64,000 bases of DNA from an uncultured Clostridium sp. GTDB lineage: Bacteria; Bacillota; Clostridia; TANB77; CAG-508. The position numbers and the translations under genes are program-made. Location: the NCBI GenBank assembly GCA_948467875.1, contig CAOKFZ010000001.1, positions 61,889 through 125,888 of the forward strand. Reading direction: 5' to 3'. The notes under the pieces are model-generated. The model was not told the origin of the DNA. It saw only the letters and a list, made by a program, of their open reading frames with translations, and did no database searches. Below are positions 31,591-40,849 of the stretch, piece by piece (the stretch's first letter is position 1; each line of letters starts with the position of its first letter).

Positions 31591-32511
31591 TTATTTTGCA
31601 ATACTGCTACTGGTTCCCATAGAGGAAGGATTACACAAATCAAATTTCTCGCCTTCTACTCCATTTTCATACAATTTGTCATAAACTTTTTGCAATTCCT
31701 TTTGGAATATCGTTTTTGTCAAGTCTTTTGTTTCTTCTTGATATGTTTTTACATTTCGATACTTGACATATGGTTTAAATTCTTCAAATAGCATATGGTC
31801 ATTGGGAACTTCTAATGGATTAGAATTGGCAATCATTAAATAGTCATTTTTTAAGTTAATATTCGTTTCTTCTACTGTTGGATTAATTTGTGGTTTGACA
31901 TAGGATTTAAATTTTCTTCCGAGTTGAATCGTATATACATCACGAGAATCTGAAATATCTAAATACCAACTATTGGCAAAATCATTGATTGTAACTTCTC
32001 TTGTATAATTTTTATTCTCATTATGCACTAACAAAACAGGATACGTATCTTCAAAAAAATGTTCCCCAAATGCCTTTAAATATGTTGTTTTATCTTTATC
32101 TGAAACATCCCAATAGACAAATAATCGTTTTGGCGTTTGGGCCAAGATTTTGACAATCGTTTCATTATAGCGAATTGGCAAATCATAATACTCTAGAAAA
32201 TATTGAGGCTTTTTTTCCTTCTTTTCTTGTTTTTGCTGATTTGCTTTTTCTTCCTTTTTTTCTAGTTTTTCTTTTTCCTCATCCTGACGCACTTTTTCTT
32301 GCATATCAATAATTTTAGAAATAAAATTTTTGATATTTTCAATCATTTTATTTTGGACACTTTTATTTTTTATCTTTTGTCTCACTTGTTTTTCTTTCTT
32401 GTCAAGTTTTTTTTCTTTGTTCTTCTCTTCCATTTCTTCTGTATTTTTTGCCATTTCCATTCCTCCTTTGTAGCGCTTAAAAAATCTAGGAAAATTTTCA
32501 TACTCATCCAT
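31591..32511 (-). CDS. DUF4912-like protein with a K/E-rich N-terminal region, conserved neighbour of GH57 glucan clusters
   Basis: A low-complexity K/E-rich N-terminus is followed by a conserved C-terminal domain (LFVYWDVSD...). It is adjacent to the GH57 and GT4 genes. Confidence 0.45.
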   Translation of the reverse strand: MDEYENFPRFFKRYKGGMEMAKNTEEMEEKNKEKKLDKKEKQVRQKIKNKSVQNKMIENIKNFISKIIDMQEKVRQDEEKEKLEKKEEKANQQKQEKKEKKPQYFLEYYDLPIRYNETIVKILAQTPKRLFVYWDVSDKDKTTYLKAFGEHFFEDTYPVLLVHNENKNYTREVTINDFANSWYLDISDSRDVYTIQLGRKFKSYVKPQINPTVEETNINLKNDYLMIANSNPLEVPNDHMLFEEFKPYVKYRNVKTYQEETKDLTKTIFQKELQKVYDKLYENGVEGEKFDLCNPSSMGTSSSIAK

Positions 32512-32755
32512 TTTTCGACATTCAAAATCTTTTCACGTTTCTTAAACAATTACTATATATTATATCTAAAATAAAAAAAAAATCAATATAAAAAAATAAA
32601 TTTTTGAAAAAATTATCACATTTTGTTTTTTGCTAAAAATTTTTTGATTTTTTTGTAAAAAAATGTTTACTTTTTCAATGTTTTTTTATACAATAATAGT
32701 AAAGAAAAAAACTTGACAAAAACACACAAATGAAATTTGAAAGGAGCACAAAAAT

Positions 32756-34045
32756 ATGAAAATTTTAATGCTATCATGGGAATATCCACCAAGAGTTGTC
32801 GGAGGACTTGCAAGAGTTGTGCATGATTTATCACACCGATTATACCAAGATGGACATGAAGTAACTGTTGTAACTTACCGTGACGGCGACATTCCTTACT
32901 TTGAGGATGACAAAGGAGTACAAGTTCACAGAGTTGACAACTTTATGATTCACCCAAACAACTTTATTGATTGGATTATGCAACTCAATTTTAATATGGT
33001 AGCAAAAACACAAGAACTAATTGCTAAAGGAGAAAAATTTGATGTTGTACACGCCCATGATTGGCTTGTAGCCTATGCTGCCAAAACAATTAAAACAGCT
33101 AATGGAATTCCCTTAGTTTCTACAATTCATGCAACTGAAGCCGGCCGAAACAGTGGCATTAATGGGGAAACGCAAAAATATATTAACGACACAGAATGGA
33201 TGCTCACTTTCGAATCTTCTGAAGTCATTGTCAATAGTAATTATATGAAAAACGAATTGCAAAGGCTTTTTGGACTGCCTTATGAAAAAATTAATGTTGT
33301 TCCAAATGGCGTCAATATTAATTTATTCAATGATGTTGAACGCGATTATGATTTTAGACGTCAGTATGCGATGGACAATGAAAAAATTATTTTGTTCATG
33401 GGACGTCTCGTTTATGAAAAAGGAATTCAAAATCTAATTGCTGCTATGCCAAAAGTTTTGCAGCATTATCATGACAGCAAATTAGTGATTTGTGGAAAAG
33501 GTGGCATGATTGATGAACTTCGTAACCAAGCAAATGCCTTAGGTTTGGGAAATAAAGTTTATTTTGCAGGTTACATGAATTCCAAAAATGTACAAAAAAT
33601 CTATAAATGTGCCGATGTTGCTGTGTTCCCTAGTACATACGAGCCTTTCGGCATTGTTGCCTTAGAGGGAATGCTTTCTGGCACACCTGTTGTTGTCTCT
33701 GATATTGGCGGTTTGAATGAAATTGTCGACCATGGTATTAATGGAATGAAAAGTTATACGGGAAATCCAAACTCGCTTGCAGATTCGATTTTGACGTTAT
33801 TATTTGACCAAAAATTATGTGAAACGGTTACAAAAAATGCCATTAGTAAAGTCAAAAAAGATTATAATTGGCAAAAAATTGCACAAGATACGCATTTTAC
33901 CTATCAAAAAGCAATTTCTGAAACAATGGCAGAACGTCATGCAAAGCAAGTGGCTCAGCAACAAGCCCAAAAACAGTTGAAAAAATCAAAAGAATTTGCC
34001 AATCTTTTACCTTTCCGAAAAGGTCAAGAAATTTTGGCTCAATAG
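32756..34045 (+). CDS. GT4-family glycosyltransferase (glycogen-synthase-like)
   Basis: MKILMLSWEYPPRVVGGL lies at the N-terminus. The EX7E region reads FPSTYEPFGIVALEGM. A GGAGC RBS precedes the ATG. Confidence 0.75.
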   Translation: MKILMLSWEYPPRVVGGLARVVHDLSHRLYQDGHEVTVVTYRDGDIPYFEDDKGVQVHRVDNFMIHPNNFIDWIMQLNFNMVAKTQELIAKGEKFDVVHAHDWLVAYAAKTIKTANGIPLVSTIHATEAGRNSGINGETQKYINDTEWMLTFESSEVIVNSNYMKNELQRLFGLPYEKINVVPNGVNINLFNDVERDYDFRRQYAMDNEKIILFMGRLVYEKGIQNLIAAMPKVLQHYHDSKLVICGKGGMIDELRNQANALGLGNKVYFAGYMNSKNVQKIYKCADVAVFPSTYEPFGIVALEGMLSGTPVVVSDIGGLNEIVDHGINGMKSYTGNPNSLADSILTLLFDQKLCETVTKNAISKVKKDYNWQKIAQDTHFTYQKAISETMAERHAKQVAQQQAQKQLKKSKEFANLLPFRKGQEILAQ

Positions 34046-34053
34046 AAATTATA

Positions 34054-34087
34054 AAAAGCAAATACTTTAAAAGTATTTGCTTTTTTG
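34054..34087. terminator. Bidirectional intrinsic terminator between the GT4 gene and the S4-domain gene
   Basis: Stem AGCAAATACTT / AAGTATTTGCT followed by TTTTTT. Confidence 0.7.
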
Positions 34088-34091
34088 AGCT

Positions 34092-34329
34092 TTACAAAAT
34101 TTTAATCAATTCTCCCAAATCCTTCCCCACTTTTTCTGGAACTTTTAAAATTTCAAATTTGGAAACTTTATCTCCAAATTTAATTTCAATAATATCCCCT
34201 ACTTTCACATCATAACTTGGCTTTACTGTTTTTCCGATTGACTGCAATTCTTCCCATATCCGCAGCCTCATTTGCCACTGTCCTACGCTTTATCACTCGA
34301 CTTATTTTTAAAAATTTATCTAATCTCAT
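34092..34329 (-). CDS. Small S4-domain RNA-binding protein, with one frame break in an A5 run near 34210-34220
   Basis: The minus strand gives [33 protein letters not shown]. After a -1 shift it continues ...[33 protein letters not shown]. It is not in the ORF track because it is split. Confidence 0.55.
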
Positions 34330-34444
34330 AACTTGCTCCTTTGTTTTATTATATCTTATATTTTTACTTCCTGTCAATAACTTAAGAAAGGAAAGAATCA
34401 GCTTCTCTCCTCCTTAACTTTCCATATTCAATTTTTAATTCCTG

Positions 34445-34900
34445 CTACTGAAAACTATTTAATCCAGCCTTCCTGTCAAAAATTCTCTGGGCTCTCTTCT
34501 TGGCATCTTTAATTAACTCCTCCAATGACTCGTTCTTCAGTTCTGTTAAAGTATAATTTTCAACATGATGTGTAACTATATAAGGACGTTTTTCAAATAA
34601 ATATTTTTCTCCCTCTAATTTTTCTAAACATCCTCTGTTTTCACAAATTTGCACAAAAAGTTTTTCCCTCTCCTGACAGTATTCAATTTCTCTTCTCAAA
34701 TCTTCTTCTGTATTAACTTCCCAGAGGAAGTCTATTGGAGAAACATTAACAAGCTGATTAAAGTAATAATATAGGTCTCCAACCTCATATTTATCACTTT
34801 TAACTCTCTCTGTTAACCTTCCATTAAAGTATTCTACAAATCTCCGAGTTTCAATAATCATACTTTTCTCCCTTCTCATATTAGAAAACTGTTTCAACAT
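34445..34900 (-). CDS. Hypothetical protein (151 aa)
   Basis: A clean ORF with no recognisable motifs. It is transcribed divergently from the small-peptide gene. Confidence 0.4.
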   Translation of the reverse strand: MLKQFSNMRREKSMIIETRRFVEYFNGRLTERVKSDKYEVGDLYYYFNQLVNVSPIDFLWEVNTEEDLRREIEYCQEREKLFVQICENRGCLEKLEGEKYLFEKRPYIVTHHVENYTLTELKNESLEELIKDAKKRAQRIFDRKAGLNSFQ

Positions 34901-34997
34901 ATACTCTTTTCAAAAAATTAGTAATTCCTAATTATATTATACATTATTATGTCAATTTTGTCAATATTTATTTAAACTAAAAAATTTTATTTTACAC

Positions 34998-35026
34998 TTG
35001 TAATTCATGTAAAAATATATTATAAT
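34998..35026 (+). promoter_or_regulatory. Near-consensus sigma-A promoter for the small-peptide gene
   Basis: TTGTAA-17 nt-TATAAT. Confidence 0.5.
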
Positions 35027-35149
35027 CTATTTATCTTTAAGTTTTTTAGTCAAAAACTTTTATCCCATCTAAAAAATTAACTTTTGTACACAATCTACTG
35101 CTCCAAGGAGGTGATATTGTGGGGCAGCATTGTACGAAAGGAGGATATT

Positions 35150-35272
35150 ATGAGAAAACCTAAAAACAGAAAAAAGAAACCAAAGATAAAAAACAAGAAA
35201 GAAAATTTAGAAATTGGAAAGCTTGTTTTAGAAATAACAAAAATTCTTCTAGAAATACTTAAGAAAAAGTGA
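35150..35272 (+). CDS. 40-aa highly cationic small protein with an amphipathic C-terminal helix
   Basis: MRKPKNRKKKPKIKNKKENLEIGKLVLEITKILLEILKKK. An AAGGAGG RBS lies 6 nt upstream. A second identical AAGGAGG with a GTG (35119) could start a 14-codon overlapping uORF. The gene has its own promoter and terminator. Confidence 0.45.
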   Translation: MRKPKNRKKKPKIKNKKENLEIGKLVLEITKILLEILKKK

Positions 35273-35278
35273 AAACAA

Positions 35279-35312
35279 AAAGCCGATAACTGACACTTAT
35301 CGGCTTTTTATT
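35279..35312. terminator. Intrinsic terminator after the small-peptide gene
   Basis: Stem AGCCGATAA / TTATCGGCT followed by TTTTT. Confidence 0.7.
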
Positions 35313-35424
35313 TGAGTAAACCTAAAATCAAAAATTTCTCCTATAAATCAAGTTATTATCTATAAAAATCAATATACTTAATCTACATTTTTAGTATATA
35401 CGATATTTCTCTTTTTGTCAATAT

Positions 35425-37248
35425 TTACTTAAAAAATTCCTCAAATTCCTCACTTGATATTTTTTCTTTTTCTAATAGACTGGCTGCTACTTTATCCAAA
35501 ATATCCATATTTTTTGATAAAATCTGTTGTGCTGTTGTATAAGCATTTTCAATCAAAACTTGAATTTGATTTCCCACTTCATCAATTATTTTTTCGCCAA
35601 AAATCTGAAGCTCATAAGGATCATTTACTTTTAATGAAATTGGTCCTAATTTATCATCCATACCATAAACAGTTAACATATCTTTCGCAATCCCAGTTGC
35701 CACTTCAATATCATTGCTTGCTCCTGTAGAAATTTCATTTAGCGCAATTTTCTCAGCTGCTCGTCCTCCCATCAAAGCAACCATTTTTTCCAACAATTCC
35801 GTTTTAGAAACATAAAATTTATCTTCATTGGTTTTATACATTGTATAACCACCTGCGGCACCTCTTGGAATAATAGAAACTTCTTTGACATCGGTTTGCG
35901 TTTCCAAAAATTTACTTACAACCGCATGTCCAGCCTCATGATAAGCTGTCAACTTTTTATCTTTATCTGAAATCACGCGATTTGCTTTTTCCAAACCAAC
36001 TGTTACTTTTTTTACTGCATTTTCAATATCCTCATTGGTAATCGCATTGTGTTCTTGTCTTGTGGCAATAATGGCTGCTTCATTTAAAATATTGGCAAGT
36101 TCTGCACCAGTAAAACCAGCCGTGTCTCCCGCAATGCTTCTAAAATCTACATCATCTGCAAATTTTTTATTCTCACTATGCAATTTCAAAATGGCTTCTC
36201 TTCCATTCAAATCTGGTGTCGGAATCGTAATTTGGCGGTCAAATCTACCCGGACGAAGCAACGCTTTATCTAGCATCTCTGGGCGGTTGGTCGCTGCTAA
36301 AACAATAATTGTTTCATCTGTTTCAAAACCATCCATCTCTACCAATAATTGATTTAAGGTTTGATTGTTTTCAGTTTCCGCACCGCTGCTGCTACTTCTT
36401 CGCGCACCAATCGCATCAATCTCATCAATAAAAATAATTGCTGGCGCCATTTTTTTTGCTTTATCAAACAATTTTCTAACACGTGATGCTCCAAGTCCTG
36501 CAAACATTTCAATAAATTCTGAACCACTCATAGAAATAAATGGCACACCAGCTTCGCCCGCAATCGCCTTAGCAATCAATGTTTTACCAGTCCCCGGTTT
36601 ACCATATAGCAAAATTCCTCTTGGAATTTTGGCGCCCATTTCCAAATAGGCTTTTGGCTTTTTCAAAAAATCAACAATTTCAATGAGTTCCCCTTTTTCC
36701 TCGTCCAAACCTGCAATATCTTTGAAACGAATGTCTGATTTTTTATTGCTTTCTCCACCATAAACTTTATCTTTATCTCCACCAAAACCTTGCATTTTAA
36801 AAATCATCAGCATCAAGGCAATCAACAAAATAGTTGGCAAAAAGGAAAATAAACTGCCTGCAATTTTGACAAATTGATTGGTGCTTTCTTGTATTAATTC
36901 AAGCTCTAAACCACCTTGGTCAACCTTTTCTTGAATTAACTCAATAAACGCCTGTGTACTCGGCACAATTACCTTTTTTTGTCTTTCTTTTTCATTTTCT
37001 TCTGTTCCCTCTGCACCTTCTTTGGTTGTTTTATAAGTGACTGTAATAGTTGTGCTTCCAGTTGTCATTTTGATTTTTTCGATTTCGTTACTATTGATAT
37101 CATGAATTAATTCTGTATAGGCAACTTCTTTTTCCTCCTTGTTGTTTTGCCCAAAATAGACAATTCCTACAATGGCGCCTATCACAATCAACACACAAAT
37201 GGCACTTAAAATAGCTTTTAATTTGCTATCATCTTTATTATTTTTCAT
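35425..37248 (-). CDS. ftsH: ATP-dependent zinc metalloprotease FtsH
   Basis: Walker A GPPGTGKT-like site (GKPGTGKT), the second region of homology, and the protease motif HEAGHA. Confidence 0.9.
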   Translation of the reverse strand: MKNNKDDSKLKAILSAICVLIVIGAIVGIVYFGQNNKEEKEVAYTELIHDINSNEIEKIKMTTGSTTITVTYKTTKEGAEGTEENEKERQKKVIVPSTQAFIELIQEKVDQGGLELELIQESTNQFVKIAGSLFSFLPTILLIALMLMIFKMQGFGGDKDKVYGGESNKKSDIRFKDIAGLDEEKGELIEIVDFLKKPKAYLEMGAKIPRGILLYGKPGTGKTLIAKAIAGEAGVPFISMSGSEFIEMFAGLGASRVRKLFDKAKKMAPAIIFIDEIDAIGARRSSSSGAETENNQTLNQLLVEMDGFETDETIIVLAATNRPEMLDKALLRPGRFDRQITIPTPDLNGREAILKLHSENKKFADDVDFRSIAGDTAGFTGAELANILNEAAIIATRQEHNAITNEDIENAVKKVTVGLEKANRVISDKDKKLTAYHEAGHAVVSKFLETQTDVKEVSIIPRGAAGGYTMYKTNEDKFYVSKTELLEKMVALMGGRAAEKIALNEISTGASNDIEVATGIAKDMLTVYGMDDKLGPISLKVNDPYELQIFGEKIIDEVGNQIQVLIENAYTTAQQILSKNMDILDKVAASLLEKEKISSEEFEEFFK

Positions 37249-37275
37249 AATCTTCTCCTTTCTATCCTTTCTGAT

Positions 37276-38277
37276 TTATATCTCTGAACCATCTGGTTCT
37301 TCATCTATCGTATCTTCTTTATTTTCTTCGTCTTTCTTATTTTTCTTTTTCTCTGGTTGATCTGGATTTTCCTGCTCTGGTTCGTTTGGTTCTTCTTGTA
37401 TTTGTTTTTGCATTTCTACAATCTTTGCCACTTCAATTTGTTGCCTAATTAAATCAGATTTTATCATCGAAATAACTGCCACTACATAAACATACGCTAT
37501 TAATAAGTAAACAACTCTAAAATATTCTGTATAAAAACCTGTTAAATAATACGCAATATTATACAACATCGTTAAAATAATCGATAAGGTAAGCGCATAA
37601 ATTGAAATATTCCAAGCATGCTTCATTTGTATACTAATTCTAAAAATTCTTGCCGTAAAAAAGGAAAAAATGCACATAATCATCCAATCCATAAAAACGT
37701 TCACAACCTGAAAAATATACACACTAAACATGAGCATCATAAACAATGTCGCAGCAATTCCCACTAATCCAATTTTGTCAATTTCTTCTATTAACTTTGC
37801 CTTATCCAAATTCTCAAATCCATATTGTTCTACAAAATCACGATATTGATATTCTGCTTCACTGCCCCCAGCTTTATAAATTACTTTATCTTTTAGAAAA
37901 ATAATTCCCATACTTTTTACATCATTTTTATATTCTTGCAGTTTTTCTTGCGAGATTTCATCAGCGGTATCTGTTATCATATAAAAATCATATTCTTCAT
38001 CATAAGCCTTCACTTCTTGCGTAAATTTTAAATTTCCATCTGCATATGAAAAATCTGGTAATTCACTTTTCATGTATTCATAACCTTTTGACACCATTTG
38101 CATCACAGTATATGTTTCAACAAGTGCCATCACAAAAGTCAAACATAATACAATTAGAAAGAAATATTTGATAGCAACAGAGCTTTTTTCTTCTAAGAAT
38201 ATACCATAATTTTCTAATTTCGTTACTGCAATTTTTATTCTCGAAAAAAATCCTATTTTTTTAGTTTGGTTTTCCAT
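37276..38277 (-). CDS. Multi-pass membrane protein with an acidic C-terminal tail (possibly DUF1189-like)
   Basis: Several hydrophobic helices are present. The C-terminus is E/P/D-rich. Confidence 0.45.
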   Translation of the reverse strand: MENQTKKIGFFSRIKIAVTKLENYGIFLEEKSSVAIKYFFLIVLCLTFVMALVETYTVMQMVSKGYEYMKSELPDFSYADGNLKFTQEVKAYDEEYDFYMITDTADEISQEKLQEYKNDVKSMGIIFLKDKVIYKAGGSEAEYQYRDFVEQYGFENLDKAKLIEEIDKIGLVGIAATLFMMLMFSVYIFQVVNVFMDWMIMCIFSFFTARIFRISIQMKHAWNISIYALTLSIILTMLYNIAYYLTGFYTEYFRVVYLLIAYVYVVAVISMIKSDLIRQQIEVAKIVEMQKQIQEEPNEPEQENPDQPEKKKNKKDEENKEDTIDEEPDGSEI

Positions 38278-39393
38278 TAAAAGTACTCCCTTCTAATCAT
38301 ACTATTTACTTGCATTGGCGGTATGTCTAACATAACTTCAGAATCAATCGTGACATCTTCTGCATTTGTTATATCAACAACCGCATGATACATTCCAATT
38401 CTCCCAATGATATAATATTTTTTATCCTTGATTATCACTTTCAGTCGATTATCTTTAAAAAATTTCTTGATTTCAATGCCAACCGATTTTACATTTTCTT
38501 TTAGCGAAAAAATATCTCGATCTTTTCTCATGCACAAACCATCTATATATCCAATTGGAATAACGGCTATTTTCGTTTCACGCTTTGTCTTAAACATTTT
38601 TCCATAACTTATATTATAACCTTTTGGCACTGTTTTTATTTCTTGAATACTGGTTTTGACTTGTCCAATTTTTTTCAAATCTTGTACCGAAATTAAGGTT
38701 CTTCCTTGCAAAATGGACCCAAGTCTGACGGCATTCAAATTCATCATCGGATACTTCAAAATCGCCGTGCTTTCTGAACAATGTAACATTCCTGGATTTT
38801 GACCTTCTTTTTTCAGCATCGCAATGATATCTAAAAAACGATTAAATTGTTTTCTCGTATACCATTCGTCCATGGGTCTTGCAAAATGCGTATAGGTTCC
38901 GTTTGATTTGTATTTTATCACACATTTGAAACAAATGCAAAATTTCATTTGGGTTTTTATACAAAAATCCATAACGCCCAAATCCTGTATCAATTTTTAC
39001 ATGTGCCTTAATTTCAAACTCATTCTTTTTTGCCATTTTTTCAAGGAGTTCCATTTGCTCTATCGAACTAATGGTCAAAGTAATTTTATTTTCAATTAAT
39101 TTCGTTAATTCTTTTTCATTGCAAAATGGAGTGAGCATCAGAATTTCTGCCTCAATTGCCGCTTCTCGTAAAATTAGTGCTTCTTCTATATTGGCAACTG
39201 CCAAAAAATCTATTCCATTATTTACTAGAAATTTAGAATATTCAACCAGCCCAAGTCCCATTCCATTTCCTTTTACAACCGCAATGATTTTAGGATAATT
39301 TCCACTATCGTCTTTGCCGTGAGCTTTCAAAATTTTTCTAACCACTTTTAAATTATTTTTTAAGTCTTTTCGACTTATCATTAATTTTTTCAT
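38277..39393 (-). CDS. alr: Alanine racemase, split into 38842-39393 and 38277-38993 by a frame break
   Basis: The N-terminal part carries the PLP-lysine region IIAVVKGNGMGLG. The C-terminal part carries GTYTHFA. The total of about 372 codons matches Alr. Confidence 0.7.
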
Positions 39394-39400
39394 AGCCCTC

Positions 39401-39781
39401 CTAATTTAGCATTTCCCACTCATTTGTTTCTACATTTTTTTGCAAAACCAACTTGTATTCTCCATTTCCCTTATCAAAATAAATTTCTTCGCAAGCTGGA
39501 TTTAAAGTTACTTCAAATTCATTTTTAGCACCAATTGCATTATTGAAACCAAACGTCGAATAAAATGTCAAATACAAATTATCTCCACCTTGTTTTACTT
39601 TCATTTTTCTTGTATAGCCCATACTACTTGCTAGTGTTGTATGCAATTGCAATTTAGTTCCATCTTCTGCTACAGAAAATTTCTCAAGCACTACATCTGC
39701 CCTTTTTCCTCCAGTCAGCACCAAAAATATAGCAATAACGATAAAAATAATTAATAAAAAAATAATTTTTTTCTTTCCCAT
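39401..39781 (-). CDS. Small exported or membrane-anchored hypothetical protein
   Basis: The N-terminus MGKKKIIFLLIIFIVIAIFLVLTG is a signal/anchor. Confidence 0.45.
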   Translation of the reverse strand: MGKKKIIFLLIIFIVIAIFLVLTGGKRADVVLEKFSVAEDGTKLQLHTTLASSMGYTRKMKVKQGGDNLYLTFYSTFGFNNAIGAKNEFEVTLNPACEEIYFDKGNGEYKLVLQKNVETNEWEMLN

Positions 39782-39790
39782 TCATTTCTC

Positions 39791-40849
39791 CTATTTTTTC
39801 TGTGTTAACTTCTTTTTCAATGTCCTCAAACTTCTGAAAGTTTTTTCTGCTAATTTATATAACTTATAAATCACTGGCTTATAAGGCATATAAACTTCCC
39901 CAATAAATTCCGTAAATTCTGCGCCAAATCCCTTTTTAAAACGATACAATCCATATTGCGGATGATTTTCATCTACAACCCCTGAAACGCCACGAAAATC
40001 ATACACTTCATGTCCATTTTGAATCGCTTCTTTTATCATTGTCCATTGCAGCAAATAATTTGGCATCAAATTTCGATGCGAATTTGAACTTGCCCCATAC
40101 AAATACCATGTTTTTTTACCATATAGAATTGGAATAATTCCCGCAATCGGCTTGTCCTCATGATATGCCATCAGCAATTTCATGTGGTTTGGCGCTAAAT
40201 AATCATACATTTTTTCAAAATAGTCCAAAGAACGAATGATAAAATCATCTCTCTTTCCTGTTTCCACCATAATGTCATGAAAATCCTTCAAATCCGCCTT
40301 TGTTCCCTCTTTTATGACAACCCCTTTTTTATTCGCCAAACGAATATTATAACGCGTTTTCGAATGAAAGTTACTAAAAACCTCGTCCTCCGTCTTCCCT
40401 TTAATATCTAACTGAAAAACAAAACGCGGCTGAATTTCGTCCTTAAAATCTTTGCTATCATCTTTAATTTTATAACCAGCATTTTCAGCAATTTCACGAA
40501 ACTTGGTATCAGACTTCAAAATATCTGGCTCGATACGAAGCACAAAAGCCTTATATTTTTTCGCAAGTGCACCTGCACCTTCTGTCAAATCACGAATCAC
40601 TTTTTCGTCATAAATATCACAAACAGGACCTCTTGCAGAATACATCAAATTTCCAAAAATCGGAATTTTACGTATCCACACACACAAGCTACCTTTAATA
40701 TTTCCATTTTCATCTTCAGACAAAATCACTTCTTTTCTCCAATTCGTCTTGACTTCGCCCCATTCCAAAGATTGCTGAAAATTGCATCTCGGATGCTTTT
40801 CCAAAAATTCTTTATATTTTGTTTTATCTTTTTCTGTTAATAATCTCAT
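39791..40849 (-). CDS. FemAB-family aminoacyl-tRNA-dependent peptidoglycan cross-bridge transferase
   Basis: 352 aa. Contains the family motifs YDFRGV and YGASS. Confidence 0.7.
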   Translation of the reverse strand: MRLLTEKDKTKYKEFLEKHPRCNFQQSLEWGEVKTNWRKEVILSEDENGNIKGSLCVWIRKIPIFGNLMYSARGPVCDIYDEKVIRDLTEGAGALAKKYKAFVLRIEPDILKSDTKFREIAENAGYKIKDDSKDFKDEIQPRFVFQLDIKGKTEDEVFSNFHSKTRYNIRLANKKGVVIKEGTKADLKDFHDIMVETGKRDDFIIRSLDYFEKMYDYLAPNHMKLLMAYHEDKPIAGIIPILYGKKTWYLYGASSNSHRNLMPNYLLQWTMIKEAIQNGHEVYDFRGVSGVVDENHPQYGLYRFKKGFGAEFTEFIGEVYMPYKPVIYKLYKLAEKTFRSLRTLKKKLTQKK

